From: Omnitrophica bacterium GWA2_41_15
GTDB lineage: Bacteria; Omnitrophota; Gorgyraeia; Gygaellales; UBA12090
Direction: 5' to 3'
DNA length: 64,000 bases
Assembly (NCBI GenBank): GCA_919902675.1
Contig: CAKKRH010000032.1
Location: 1,270-65,269, forward strand
Shown here: positions 26,490 through 35,813 of the stretch, one piece after another
How positions within the stretch are numbered: the first letter of the stretch is position 1
How the letters are laid out: every line of letters begins with the position of its first letter
Made by a program: the position numbers and the translations under genes
Notes under the pieces: generated by a model
Seen by the model: only the letters and a program-made list of their open reading frames with translations
Database searches by the model: none
What the model was told of the DNA's origin: nothing

Positions 26490-27176
26490 CTAACGCGATA
26501 AATAATAATAAGGATTTTGCGAGATGCAGCCTTTCCTTATCTGAAAATGCATTAATCCGCCGCATTGAGCGATAGCCATCCCGCGGGTTATATAATCACC
26601 CGGCTTGACTAATATACGCGACAATAAAGCGTAAACACTCATCAGGCCCTCAGGATGAGAAATAATTATGGTCTTTCCATAACCGCTGAATTTATCTTGC
26701 GCGAAAACAACCCTTCCTGAAGCTGAAGCCACAATATCGGATTGCGCGTATAGGCGCAGGGTAAGGCCCTTGCTGGGTGAATTCCCGATTTTATCCCCAA
26801 AGCCATTGACAATTTTACCCTTCGCCGGCCAGATAAAATCTTCCGGCACACCGGTATTCAATGAATCCATGGAAAGCGCTCTATGTTTATCAGGGATAAG
26901 AATTGACTGTCCGCTGGCAATGAGAGTTGAATCAGCGATAGCATTAGCCTTGAGGATTTCCTCGATACTAACCCCGTAAATCCTGGCAATCCTCCACAAG
27001 GTCTGACCCTTTTGGACGCGGTGATACAGCACTTGCGACGGTTGTATTGTTTTTTGAGGCACGGACAACGCGGCCTGCCGGGGGGCTAACTCAACCGTGG
27101 CACAGCCTGATAAAACAGTTAACAAGGAGCAGATGACAGTCGAGAGAAAATATCTTTTAAATCTTTTATTGAGCAT
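26490..27176 (-). CDS. LysM + M23 peptidase lipoprotein
   Basis: Start trimmed to MLNKRFKRYF... (ATG 27176), with lipobox LSGC. LysM segment YHRVQKGQTLWRIARIYGVSIEEILKAN and an M23-like C-terminus. The longer ORF-track start overlaps the tRNA. Confidence 0.8.
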   Translation of the reverse strand: MLNKRFKRYFLSTVICSLLTVLSGCATVELAPRQAALSVPQKTIQPSQVLYHRVQKGQTLWRIARIYGVSIEEILKANAIADSTLIASGQSILIPDKHRALSMDSLNTGVPEDFIWPAKGKIVNGFGDKIGNSPSKGLTLRLYAQSDIVASASGRVVFAQDKFSGYGKTIIISHPEGLMSVYALLSRILVKPGDYITRGMAIAQCGGLMHFQIRKGCISQNPYYYLSR

Positions 27177-27203
27177 CTTGGCTAAATTTACAAACGGTAA
27201 AAG

Positions 27204-27274
27204 AGCGGGTGAGCGGAATCGAACCGCCATAAACAGCTTGGGAAGCTGCCATTCTACCACTGAATTACACCCGC
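27204..27274 (-). tRNA. tRNA-Gly (anticodon CCC)
   Basis: The minus strand reads GCGGGTGTAATTCAGTGGTAGAATGGCAGCTTCCCAAGCTGTTTATGGCGGTTCGATTCCGCTCACCCGCT. It folds as a cloverleaf with 7-bp acceptor, D arm ATTC/GAAT, anticodon loop TTCCCAA and T loop TTCGATT. CCA is not encoded. Confidence 0.9.
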
Positions 27275-28548
27275 ACACATTCCTCAACTAATTTTATCGA
27301 ACAAAACTCACTGCACATAGTGCAGACATCCTCGACTTTCGGTTTAGAGCTATGGCGATATTCCCGGGCTCTTTCCGGGTCAATTGACAAGGATATCTGT
27401 TTATCCCAATCCCTTTTTTTTCTGGCCAAAGACATTTCCCTGTCCCAGCTTAAGGCGCCCTTAACCCCTTTAACAATATCCGCGCTGTGAGCGGCAATCC
27501 TCGAGGCAATCACCCCTTCCCTCACATCATCCACCGAAGGATGCCTTAAATGTTCGGCCGGGCTGACCACGCATAGAAAATCCGCGCCCAGGCTTGCCGC
27601 TAACGCCCCTCCGATAGCCCCCGAGATGTGGTCCCGGGTTGAAGCGATATCAGTTACCAGCGGCCCTAAAACATAAAATGGGGCGTTGTCGCAAAGCTTT
27701 TTTTGGAGGTCTATGTTTTTTTGAATCTGATCCAAAGGCACATGTCCCGGCCCCTCAATCATCACTTGGACATTTCTTTTTCGTGAACGCCGGGCGAGTT
27801 TTCCCAAAAGCCTCAACTCCCCTATCTGGGCGCTATCAGTAGCATCCAATATTGAACCCGGCCTTAGTCCATCGCCCAAACTTAAGGTAACATCATACTC
27901 ATACGCGATATCCAGGATTTCATCGAAACACTCATAAAACGGGTTTTCTTTTTTATTGTTAAACATCCAGTTGGCTAATATCGCCCCTCCCCGGCTGACG
28001 ATATCCAAAACACGCGGACTTTTCTTAACCAACGCGGCTGTTTTTTGAGTAACTCCGGAGTGGATAGTCATAAAATCCACTCCGTCTTCGGCCTGAGAAC
28101 GAATAACCCCCAGGATATCCTCGGCAGTCATCTTAAGCAGAGAACCTTTATTTTTAGCCGCGCTTTGAGCCGCCTCATATATAGGAACGGTACCAAAAGG
28201 AATATCCGAATCCTTAATCAGAGTTTTTCTTATTTTAGGGATATCTCCGCCTACGCTTAAATCCATTACCGTATCCGCGCCGACTGAAACCGATACCTTT
28301 AACTTTTGAAGCTCATCGCCGACATCAATTTCATCGCCGGATGTCCCGATATTCACGTTTATTTTAGTAGACAAGCCTTTACCAATCGCGCATGGTTTCT
28401 TAATCCGACGTTTTTTATTATTAGGAATAACAATTATCCCCGAAGCGATACCCTTCTTCAAAAAAGAAATACTTACCCCTTCCTTTTTAGATACCGCTTC
28501 CATCAGTTCGGAGGATTTATTATTCAATGCTAATTCTAATTGAGTCAT
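27265..28548 (-). CDS. thiC: Phosphomethylpyrimidine synthase
   Basis: 427 aa, ThiC-like throughout, with the C-terminal CTMCSEFCSIK cluster motif. The last 10 nt overlap the tRNA-Gly 5' end. Confidence 0.9.
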   Translation of the reverse strand: MTQLELALNNKSSELMEAVSKKEGVSISFLKKGIASGIIVIPNNKKRRIKKPCAIGKGLSTKINVNIGTSGDEIDVGDELQKLKVSVSVGADTVMDLSVGGDIPKIRKTLIKDSDIPFGTVPIYEAAQSAAKNKGSLLKMTAEDILGVIRSQAEDGVDFMTIHSGVTQKTAALVKKSPRVLDIVSRGGAILANWMFNNKKENPFYECFDEILDIAYEYDVTLSLGDGLRPGSILDATDSAQIGELRLLGKLARRSRKRNVQVMIEGPGHVPLDQIQKNIDLQKKLCDNAPFYVLGPLVTDIASTRDHISGAIGGALAASLGADFLCVVSPAEHLRHPSVDDVREGVIASRIAAHSADIVKGVKGALSWDREMSLARKKRDWDKQISLSIDPERAREYRHSSKPKVEDVCTMCSEFCSIKLVEECVRV

Positions 28549-28553
28549 AGTTT

Positions 28554-28588
28554 TAGAGGTTAGAGGTTAGAGGTTGGGGGTTAGGTTT
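28554..28588. repeat. Heptamer array (TAGAGGT x3, TGGGGGT, TAGGTTT) spanning the thiE stop and the thiE-thiC spacer
   Basis: Read directly from the sequence. It encodes the thiE C-terminus ..LTPNL and the stop. The same word occurs at 62173-62190. Confidence 0.85.
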
Positions 28589-29241
28589 ATATTTATCATC
28601 TCGCTCTTTAAACCATCTATTGCTTTTTCAATATTTCCGGCTTCACAAATTGCCCGCACCACGGCGATATTTTTGGCTCCTGATCCTCTTACTAATCCTA
28701 TGTTATTTTTATCAATTCCCCCGATAGCCGTAACCGCGAGGCTAACCCTGGAAAGAACATTTTTCAATAGTTGTAAACCCACGGCCTGATAATCCGGCTT
28801 TGTGGGAGTTGAGAAAATCGGGCCCACGCTGATATAATCAACCTTTTCATTCTCGGCCGCGACTGCCTGCGCGAGGCTATGGCAGGATTTCCCGATGATT
28901 TTTCCCGGACCAAGCAATCCGCGGACAGCTTCTACCGGTAGATCATCCTGTCCGATATGCAGACCGTCGGCATTAACCAGCTTAGCGATATCCAAGCGGT
29001 CATTAATGATGAATAAAGCCTTTCCTTTTGTAGTCTTCCTGATCAAAATGGCATTCCGATAAAATCCCCGGACATCATCGGTTTTATCCCTAAGTTGAAT
29101 TATTTTAACTCCTGCCCGGACGCAGCTTTCGGCTATATTAATGAGCGATCTTTTTGTGCCGGCGGCGCGGTTTACACTGAGCAAGGTCGAAGTGTCGATT
29201 ACCGCGTATATTCCTAATTCTCTTATCTGAATCTTTTTCAA
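28567..29241 (-). CDS. thiE: Thiamine-phosphate synthase (catalytic domain)
   Basis: 224 aa: LGIYAVID...IIQLRDK...NDRLDIA...GLHIGQDD...ISVGPIFSTPTK. The listed start is TTG and lies inside the upstream ORF. Confidence 0.85.
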   Translation of the reverse strand: MKKIQIRELGIYAVIDTSTLLSVNRAAGTKRSLINIAESCVRAGVKIIQLRDKTDDVRGFYRNAILIRKTTKGKALFIINDRLDIAKLVNADGLHIGQDDLPVEAVRGLLGPGKIIGKSCHSLAQAVAAENEKVDYISVGPIFSTPTKPDYQAVGLQLLKNVLSRVSLAVTAIGGIDKNNIGLVRGSGAKNIAVVRAICEAGNIEKAIDGLKSEMININLTPNL

Positions 29242-29662
29242 TCTGATATAACCGGTAACGGATATCTTTAAAGCCCGCGGATATCTTTTTATCCCGCCCC
29301 TTCCCTACGTTGGATAAGGGGCGAGATTTATTTTCTAGCTTGGAAAATTCCTCTAAAACTCTGGCCGATTCTTTGGCCCTCTGAATATTCGCGAAGAATA
29401 TATCCTGAAAATTACGCCTCTTTAACTCTTCTTTAATTGAAGGTTTGCCTACATCTTTAAGGCTGTCGCGGGAATCTAAGAGCCGGACATCTTTAATCTT
29501 CCATTTCCCGCTCAAGCCCGCCACATTATGGCGCAGATTTTTAAAACGCGAAGTTAAATTCTTATCTAAAACTACAAAGCGGGTTATTTCCTCGCAAACC
29601 CGTAAACCCTCTAAAATCCGGTTCAAGTTGGCATCAATAATCCGTAATATACCCTTATCCAT
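29138..29662 (-). CDS. ThiE-associated N-terminal domain ORF (probably the 5' part of a split thiE)
   Basis: MDKGILRIIDANLNRILEGLRVCEEITRF...FKDIRYRLYQIEK matches, from memory, the N-terminal extension of long ThiE proteins. It overlaps thiE by 104 nt in another frame, with the shift at the T5/A5 run 29234-29238. Confidence 0.55.
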   Translation of the reverse strand: MDKGILRIIDANLNRILEGLRVCEEITRFVVLDKNLTSRFKNLRHNVAGLSGKWKIKDVRLLDSRDSLKDVGKPSIKEELKRRNFQDIFFANIQRAKESARVLEEFSKLENKSRPLSNVGKGRDKKISAGFKDIRYRLYQIEKDSDKRIRNIRGNRHFDLAQCKPRRRHKKIAH

Positions 29663-29716
29663 AGGAGGCGTCTAATTCGCCCCGCCATATCTCTCGCGCG
29701 GTAATACCACCTAATG

Positions 29717-30199
29717 CTAGAAAAGACGGGATGAATGTATTTTATTTATCAGTTTAGTTGTGGAATATCCCTTGATATAAGGTATGGCCAAAACCTTTCC
29801 TCCGCGCGCCTTTACAAAATCCGCCCCCACAATCTTTTCTGTCTGCCAATCTCCTCCCTTAACTAACACATCCGGCTGAATCAACCTTATCAATCCTAAC
29901 GGGGTATCCTCGGAAAAAATAGTCAGATAATCCACGCAGGATAAAGCGCTCAATACCCGGGCCCGGTCAAGCTGTTTGTTTATCGGCCGGGCCGGACCTT
30001 TGATCTTTTTTACCGAAGAATCACTATTTAAACCGAGAACTAACACATCTGCCAGGCCCTTAGCATCCTGAAGGTACTTTATATGTCCGTAATGCAGGAT
30101 ATCAAAACAACCGTTGGTAAAAACAATTCTTTTGCCTTGCTTATTCAGAGAAGAAATTATATCCTTAAGCTCTTTCTTAGTCTTTATCTTGCCTGGCAT
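29717..30199 (-). CDS. hldC: D-glycero-beta-D-manno-heptose 1-phosphate adenylyltransferase (RfaE domain II type)
   Basis: 160 aa: FTNGCFDILHYGHIKYL cytidylyltransferase motif. It is adjacent to gmhA. Confidence 0.85.
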   Translation of the reverse strand: MPGKIKTKKELKDIISSLNKQGKRIVFTNGCFDILHYGHIKYLQDAKGLADVLVLGLNSDSSVKKIKGPARPINKQLDRARVLSALSCVDYLTIFSEDTPLGLIRLIQPDVLVKGGDWQTEKIVGADFVKARGGKVLAIPYIKGYSTTKLINKIHSSRLF

Positions 30200-30243
30200 A
30201 TTCCATAAGTTATAAGCTATTAACCATAAACTATCAATTATTC

Positions 30244-30825
30244 TTATTTGCTGCTTACTCTAAAGAGCTCATCCTCAACTAACTCACAAATAATATGCCC
30301 TATGGTAATATGCGCTTCCTGTATCCTGGCGGTAACCAGAGAAGGAACAATAAAAGAAAGCTCAGCGGCCTTACTTAACTCTCCGCCTGTGGCTCCGGAA
30401 AAACACATCGTCTTAAGCCCCATCTCCCTGGCCTTTTTTATCCCCATAATCACATTCTTGGCCTTTCCGCTGGTAGATATGCCTATAGCCACATCGCCGC
30501 TTTCACCTAAGGCCTCTACCTGCCGGGCAAAAACTATCTCATATCCGTAGTCATTGCTCACCGCGGTAAGGATTGAGGTGTTGGTATTTAAGGCTATCGC
30601 CGCCAGGCCCGGCCTTTCCTTTTGGAATCGTCCCACAAATTCAGCCGCGATATGCTGGGCATCCGCGGCCGAGCCACCATTACCAAAAATCAAAACCTTA
30701 CCCTTGGCCTTGTAACAAGCGATAATCAACTTAGCGGCCTTAATGATATTTTCTATCTGATTATGCAGAATTTCTTCTTTGATGTGAATGGCGTCGTTAA
30801 TAATATCAATAATTTTATCGCGCAT
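30244..30825 (-). CDS. gmhA: Phosphoheptose isomerase (SIS domain)
   Basis: 193 aa: GNGGSAADAQHIAAEF...ISTSGKAKNV. Confidence 0.88.
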   Translation of the reverse strand: MRDKIIDIINDAIHIKEEILHNQIENIIKAAKLIIACYKAKGKVLIFGNGGSAADAQHIAAEFVGRFQKERPGLAAIALNTNTSILTAVSNDYGYEIVFARQVEALGESGDVAIGISTSGKAKNVIMGIKKAREMGLKTMCFSGATGGELSKAAELSFIVPSLVTARIQEAHITIGHIICELVEDELFRVSSK

Positions 30826-30837
30826 TTTTTAGACTCC

Positions 30838-30903
30838 TTAATGAGCACGCAACTTACGAAACGAGCTTTAGCTGAAGTGAACGTAAGTTGCTGTGCGAAT
30901 TAA
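30838..30903. repeat. About 60-nt hairpin element immediately upstream of the gmhA RBS (copy 1)
   Basis: The ends read ttaatgagcacgcaacttacg...cgtaagttgctgtgcgaattaa. The inner 10-bp stem gcaacttacg/cgtaagttgc is perfect. The termini are shared with 56586-56641. Confidence 0.8.
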
Positions 30904-30933
30904 CCAATTCACCCCACCAAGCATGACGGATTT

Positions 30934-31959
30934 TTATCCGAAAAAAACTCTGGCTATCTCGTAATATTCCGGATCAACCGTCTTAAGGGTTCCGGTCGCC
31001 TTTTCTAAAGGCACCGAGATAATCTTATTTCCCGACAAAGAGACCATCTGGCCGAATTTCTTTTCCTTGACCAGCTCAATGGCCTTAACACCGAAACGCG
31101 TTCCCAGGACCCGGTCAAACGCACTAGGAGACCCTCCTCTTTGAATATGGCCTAACACCGAAACCCGGGTCTCATAACCGGTGCGCTTTTCAATTTCCTT
31201 AGCCAGGATTTCCCCAATCCCGCCTAAACGCACATGGCCAAACTCATCTAACTTTTGCTCCTGTAAAACCATTGTCGCTTCTTTAAAACGCGCCCCCTCA
31301 GAGACCACTACAATACTAAAGGTCTTTCCCCGCTGATGCCTTTTTTTAATCAAATCGCAGACCTCCTCGATATCAATAGGAAATTCCGGAATCAACACCA
31401 CATCCGCTCCTCCGGCAATACCTGCCTCCAGAGCGATCCAGCCGGCATGCCTGCCCATCACCTCCGCTACCATAATCCGATGATGGCTTTCGGCAGTGGT
31501 ATGCAAACGGTCAATACATTCGGTGGCAATATTGAGGGCGGTATCAAAACCAAAGGTATAATCGGTGGCTGAAAGGTCGTTATCAATTGTCTTGGGCACC
31601 CCAACCACATTCAAGCCTTCTTTAGCCAGTTTAGTAGCTACCCCTAAAGTATCCTCTCCTCCCACGGCAATCAGGGCGTATAAGCCCAGAGCCTTAAAAT
31701 TAGCTTTTACATTCTCCAGTCCGCCTTCCTTTTTATAAGGATTAGTCCGGCTGGTGCCTAAAATCGTCCCCCCTTTAGGCAAAATTCCTGAGATTGAATC
31801 CAAATTTAAAGCTGTGGTATCATTTTCTATAAGGCCCTTCCAGCCATTTTTAATGCCGATAACCTCAAATCCGTCATTCATTGCTTTACGCACTACCGCC
31901 CGGATTACCGGATTCAATCCCGGACAATCCCCACCTCCGGTCAAAATTCCTATTCTCAT
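30934..31959 (-). CDS. pfkA: 6-phosphofructokinase
   Basis: 341 aa: MRIGILTGGGDCPGLN...GGEDTLG...PKTIDNDL...MGRHAG. Confidence 0.9.
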   Translation of the reverse strand: MRIGILTGGGDCPGLNPVIRAVVRKAMNDGFEVIGIKNGWKGLIENDTTALNLDSISGILPKGGTILGTSRTNPYKKEGGLENVKANFKALGLYALIAVGGEDTLGVATKLAKEGLNVVGVPKTIDNDLSATDYTFGFDTALNIATECIDRLHTTAESHHRIMVAEVMGRHAGWIALEAGIAGGADVVLIPEFPIDIEEVCDLIKKRHQRGKTFSIVVVSEGARFKEATMVLQEQKLDEFGHVRLGGIGEILAKEIEKRTGYETRVSVLGHIQRGGSPSAFDRVLGTRFGVKAIELVKEKKFGQMVSLSGNKIISVPLEKATGTLKTVDPEYYEIARVFFG

Positions 31960-32072
31960 TTTTTAATTACTCCTTTTTAAATTTATTTAGTCTATGAAAT
32001 AGCTTGTGCTGCTCAAACCTAACTCAATAAACTCAATGAACTCTATAAACTCAATAAACTCTATAGACTGAG
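31960..32072. repeat. Intergenic array of ACTCAATAA/ACTCTATAA 9-mers
   Basis: ctcaataaactcaatgaactctataaactcaataaactctatagac. The same word family occurs in 35736-35813. Confidence 0.7.
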
Positions 32073-32672
32073 TTATCTCCCGTAACCGTAAAACGGGATT
32101 GCCGGCTCCTTAGGCTCGGAATCGCTTTTCTTCTTTTCTTCCCCAGAAACAATCTTAGCCACGTGTATCTTTACCACAATCGGCTCGTCAATTCCCCTCA
32201 GGATTTCGCGGATTTTGTTTTTGACCAATTCCTGCAGACGCTCGGTAAGCTCAGGAATGCTGGTTTCCGAACGCAGGTCAAGCCGAAGGTTAACCGTAAA
32301 GCCTTTTTTACCTACCACCACATCCGGCCTTAAACTTTTAACCTCGGGGACCTGTAAAGCTATTCTCTTGATTAAATCTTCAAGGGCGGCCAAAGCAATG
32401 CTCACCTCGCCGCTAGGAGTAGTAAAAGCGATATTTTTTTCTCTCTGCATCTTACCGATGACGCTCTGGGTAAAAGAAACGCTGATTAGAATTATCAAAG
32501 CGCTGATTAAGCTTAAAATCAAAGCCGAATTGGGATTTCTGCTGATTTCAGTAAAGATATTAAAAACCATAAGCGGAGTAACAATATTAAAAGCCAGGCC
32601 AAGCAAGCCTAAGGCAAAGAATATAAAAAAAACCATGTTAAATACAAGTCCAAATAAAGTAAATGTCCTCAT
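32073..32672 (-). CDS. Membrane protein, possibly AmaP-like anchor for Asp23
   Basis: 199 aa with two or three N-terminal TM segments and a soluble C-terminal domain. It lies in the same gene string as an Asp23-family gene. The name is an inference only. Confidence 0.35.
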   Translation of the reverse strand: MRTFTLFGLVFNMVFFIFFALGLLGLAFNIVTPLMVFNIFTEISRNPNSALILSLISALIILISVSFTQSVIGKMQREKNIAFTTPSGEVSIALAALEDLIKRIALQVPEVKSLRPDVVVGKKGFTVNLRLDLRSETSIPELTERLQELVKNKIREILRGIDEPIVVKIHVAKIVSGEEKKKSDSEPKEPAIPFYGYGR

Positions 32673-32862
32673 TGTCGCGCCCTCGTTTTAAAATCACCAA
32701 TAACCAAAGGTTGAGGCTAAGGCTTAGGTTAAGCTTGTCTCAACCTTAACCTCATCCTCAACCTTTATAAATATTGGTTATTAATTAGTTAGTACTGAAA
32801 AAGTATCATTTTTATGATTACAAGTTCCTGATGGGTTTTTCAGCGGGAACTAATTATCATTG
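32673..32862. repeat. Intergenic compound hairpin (AATAACC plus AGGTTGAGG/AGGTTAAGC words)
   Basis: caccaataaccaaaggttgaggctaaggcttaggttaagc ... ctcaaccttaacctcatcctcaaccttt..attggttatt. It is followed by ttagttagtactgaaaaa..tttttatgattaca, which resembles 43601-43628. Confidence 0.75.
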
Positions 32863-33267
32863 TTACGACTTATGGTAGCCCAATTGAATAAGCTTGGTAA
32901 GCAAAATAAGCTCTAAATAAAATAAATCAAACGGCTTGATGATATAATCGTATACGCCTTCCCTGATTGCCTCCTTGGCCTTTTCTTCATCGGGATATCC
33001 GGTAATCATAATCACGCTGATATCCTTGTTTATAGCCTTGATTTTACGTAAAACCTCAACTCCGTTCATTCCCGGAAGCATCACATCAAGCAGGATCAAT
33101 TTTATATTTTCCTTCTCAACAATCTTAATGGCATCCTCGCCGTTTTCGGCTGAGACAACATTAGCAAACCCTTTGGTCTTTAAAAAAAGCTCTAAAAAGC
33201 CTCTTACCGTCTTATCGTCATCCACGACCAATATCTTACTTGAAGCGTTAATATTTACATCAGTCAT
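32863..33267 (-). CDS. Single-domain response regulator (REC)
   Basis: Start trimmed to MTDVNINASSKILVVDDDK, with AAGGAG 8 nt upstream. It has LLDVMLPGMNG and a conserved K. Confidence 0.8.
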   Translation of the reverse strand: MTDVNINASSKILVVDDDKTVRGFLELFLKTKGFANVVSAENGEDAIKIVEKENIKLILLDVMLPGMNGVEVLRKIKAINKDISVIMITGYPDEEKAKEAIREGVYDYIIKPFDLFYLELILLTKLIQLGYHKS

Positions 33268-33319
33268 CTTTATCTCCTTAATAATGAGCCCTGCCGGCGG
33301 CGGGGAGAGGCGAATAAAT

Positions 33320-33673
33320 TCATGCCTTCTCAATCGCCTGAATACTTATCCTGATATCTCTGGGAGTTTTATCAATCATCTTCTCAAGGGCCTGCCTGAT
33401 TTTTACCTCCGTGTTTTCAGCCATCTCGGATATGTTACACCCATACTTAATTGTCAAGGGGACGGTGAGGATTATTTCATCATTTTTACTGAACTCTACC
33501 TTTATCGCGCTTCTGAGGCTCTTTATGCCCAATAGCTCTATAATACTAAAATCTTTTCTCCCGCCGACTCGCTTTACCCCCTCTATTTCCAAGGCTGCTA
33601 TCTCGGCGATAGAAGCGATAACATCTTTATGGATTTTTACCGTGCCCACTTCCAGTTTTGAGTTTTTCTCCAT
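33320..33673 (-). CDS. Asp23/Gls24-family (alkaline shock) protein
   Basis: Start trimmed to MEKNSKLEVGTVKIHKDVIASIAEIAALEIEGV. The longer ORF-track start runs into the 158-bp repeat. Confidence 0.75.
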   Translation of the reverse strand: MEKNSKLEVGTVKIHKDVIASIAEIAALEIEGVKRVGGRKDFSIIELLGIKSLRSAIKVEFSKNDEIILTVPLTIKYGCNISEMAENTEVKIRQALEKMIDKTPRDIRISIQAIEKA

Positions 33674-33686
33674 CGAGAATATTAAA

Positions 33687-33844
33687 CCCGGAATTTGCAA
33701 TAGTAATGGCATTCGCCGCCAAATAAGGGCGCATCTTCGTCAGAAAAAAGCGCTTACATACTAAAAGTATGCGCGCACTTTTTTCTGCCAAATCTACACC
33801 CTTCTTTGGCGTCTCGGTGCCGCATTCCTATTGCAAACTCCGGG
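33687..33844. repeat. 158-bp hairpin element, copy 2
   Basis: It differs from 21303-21460 at about 3 positions and abuts the accC stop codon (33845-33847). Confidence 0.9.
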
Positions 33845-35203
33845 TTAAACCTTCGCGCCCTCAACCTTAAAGGTATCATTTATAAAATTGGTGGAAAACT
33901 CACCTTTAACAAAGAAAGGATTCTTCAAGACCTCCCGGTGAAAATCTATGGTAGTCTTTATCGGCTCAATAATAAATTCATCCAGGGCCCGGCGCATAAT
34001 CTGGATAGCTTCCTTTCTGTCTTTTCCCCGGACAATCAGCTTGGCCACCAGGGAATCATAATACTGGCTTATGGTGTACCCGGAATACACATGGCTGTCT
34101 ACCCTCACGCCCGGACCACCCGGAATGTTCAACATCTCTATCTTTCCCGGTGAAGGCATGAAATTGTTCTGATAATCCTCGGCATTAATGCGGCATTCTA
34201 TGGAAGAACCGTTCAGTCTGATATCATCCTGCTGAAGTTTTAACTTCTCGCCCCTGGCGATTTTGATCTGCTCTTTAACTATGTCTATCCCGGTAACCAT
34301 CTCGGTAACCGGATGCTCAACCTGAATCCTGGTATTCATTTCCATAAAATAGAAATTTTTCTTATCATCAAGCAAGAACTCAATAGTTCCGGCGCTCACA
34401 TATTTTACCTCTTTAGCCGCCCGTATCGCCGTTTCACCGAGGCGTTTACGCAATTTACTGTCCACAGCCGGCGAAGGAGATTCCTCTAAGAGCTTTTGAT
34501 GGCGCCTCTGGATTGAACAATCCCTTTCCCCTAAATGAAGAATCCGGCCGTATTTATCGCTCAGAATCTGGATCTCTATATGCCGCGGCCTCTCAATATA
34601 TTTCTCAATATACACATTGGAATTGCCGAAATTCGCCTCGGCCTCGGCCTGGGCGGTCATTAACCCTGAAGCCAAACTGATGTCGTTATGGCAGACCCGC
34701 ATACCTTTTCCGCCGCCTCCTGAGGCAGCCTTAATGATAACCGGATAGCTTATGCGCTTGGCTACTTTTATCGCTTCATCCTTGTCCTTTATGGCGGATA
34801 GGCTTCCGGGAACTATGGGTATGCCGCATTTACGCATGGTTTCGCGGGCATGCATCTTATCGCCCATAAGGCGGATATTTTCCGGGGTCGGCCCGATAAA
34901 GGTTATCCGGCAAGATTCGCAGATTTCGGCAAAATGGGGATTCTCAGACAAAAAACCGTAACCCGGATGTATGGCATCCACGTCGGTTATCTCGGCGGCT
35001 GAAATGATGGCGGGAATATTAAGATAGCTGTTGGCTGAGACTGCCGGCCCGATGCACACCGCTTCATCAGCCATGCGCACATGCAAAGAATCCCGATCGG
35101 CCTGAGAATACACGGCGACAGTGCGTATACCCAGCTCTTTACAGGCCCGGATAACACGCAAAGCAATCTCTCCGCGGTTGGCTATAAGTATTTTGGAAAA
35201 CAA
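33845..35203 (-). CDS. accC: Biotin carboxylase
   Basis: 452 aa: [20 protein letters not shown]...ATP-grasp...[14 protein letters not shown]. Confidence 0.95.
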   Translation of the reverse strand: MFSKILIANRGEIALRVIRACKELGIRTVAVYSQADRDSLHVRMADEAVCIGPAVSANSYLNIPAIISAAEITDVDAIHPGYGFLSENPHFAEICESCRITFIGPTPENIRLMGDKMHARETMRKCGIPIVPGSLSAIKDKDEAIKVAKRISYPVIIKAASGGGGKGMRVCHNDISLASGLMTAQAEAEANFGNSNVYIEKYIERPRHIEIQILSDKYGRILHLGERDCSIQRRHQKLLEESPSPAVDSKLRKRLGETAIRAAKEVKYVSAGTIEFLLDDKKNFYFMEMNTRIQVEHPVTEMVTGIDIVKEQIKIARGEKLKLQQDDIRLNGSSIECRINAEDYQNNFMPSPGKIEMLNIPGGPGVRVDSHVYSGYTISQYYDSLVAKLIVRGKDRKEAIQIMRRALDEFIIEPIKTTIDFHREVLKNPFFVKGEFSTNFINDTFKVEGAKV

Positions 35204-35273
35204 TATAATGGAGTAACGGTTTACGGTTTATGGTTTAGAGCAAACCATAAACCATGCCTAATAAACGCGTTAA
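35204..35273. repeat. Intergenic hairpin of GGTTTA/AACCAT words
   Basis: ggtttatggttt agag caaaccataaacc lies between accB and accC. Confidence 0.75.
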
Positions 35274-35735
35274 TTAACGGGTTTCTATCAAAAAAAGGGC
35301 CTGGCCGAATTCTACCGGCTCGGTGTTATCCACGAGAATCTCTAAAACCTTGCCTCTAACCTCAGACTTAATTTCGTTCATTAACTTCATCGCTTCAATA
35401 ATACATACTACCTGTCCGGGCTCAATATCCTGATTAACCTGCGCGAACGGCGGAGCTTCGGGGCTGGGGGCGCGGTAAAAAGTCCCTACCATCGGAGACT
35501 TAACCTCTATCCGGTTAGAAGCTATTTTTGAAGAAGCCGCTTCCTGGGCCTTTGACTCAAGGACAGGCGCCAGGGCCCTTTCCCGCTCAATAAATATAGG
35601 CGCTCCTTGAGCCTCCGGAGCTTGAGCGGTATTCTTCTTAAGCTTTATACGCATCCCGTCCTTCTCAACCTCCAGCTCCAGAAGATTGTTCTCATTCATC
35701 AAAACCACCATTTCTTTAATCTCTTTTACATTCAT
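35274..35735 (-). CDS. accB: Biotin carboxyl carrier protein
   Basis: 153 aa with the EAMKLMNEI biotinylation motif. Confidence 0.92.
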   Translation of the reverse strand: MNVKEIKEMVVLMNENNLLELEVEKDGMRIKLKKNTAQAPEAQGAPIFIERERALAPVLESKAQEAASSKIASNRIEVKSPMVGTFYRAPSPEAPPFAQVNQDIEPGQVVCIIEAMKLMNEIKSEVRGKVLEILVDNTEPVEFGQALFLIETR

Positions 35736-35813
35736 CCCGCACCTTGATTAGTTCGTTGAGTCTTTTGAGTTTAAGAACTCAATAAACTCAAGCAACTCAA
35801 CAAACTCTATAAA
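35736..35813. repeat. Intergenic hairpin of ACTCAA words
   Basis: gttgagtcttttgagttt ... aaactcaagcaactcaac. Confidence 0.7.

Noticed and set aside
27177-27287. N-terminal 37-codon extension of the M23 peptidase ORF (TTG start at 27287)
   Set aside because: The extension is the antisense-free read-through of the tRNA-Gly gene on the same strand. A proper signal peptide/lipobox begins at the ATG at 27176.
29663-29716. Expected TPP riboswitch upstream of the thiE-thiC genes
   Set aside because: Only 54 nt separate the upstream gene from the first thi ORF. I could not find the conserved CUGAGA / ACCUGA THI-box elements, so no riboswitch is called.
33674-33712. Longer start of the Asp23-family ORF (MPLLLQIPGLIFS...)
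   Set aside because: This part overlaps the 158-bp repeat element. The conserved Asp23 N-terminus begins at MEKNSKLEVG (33673).
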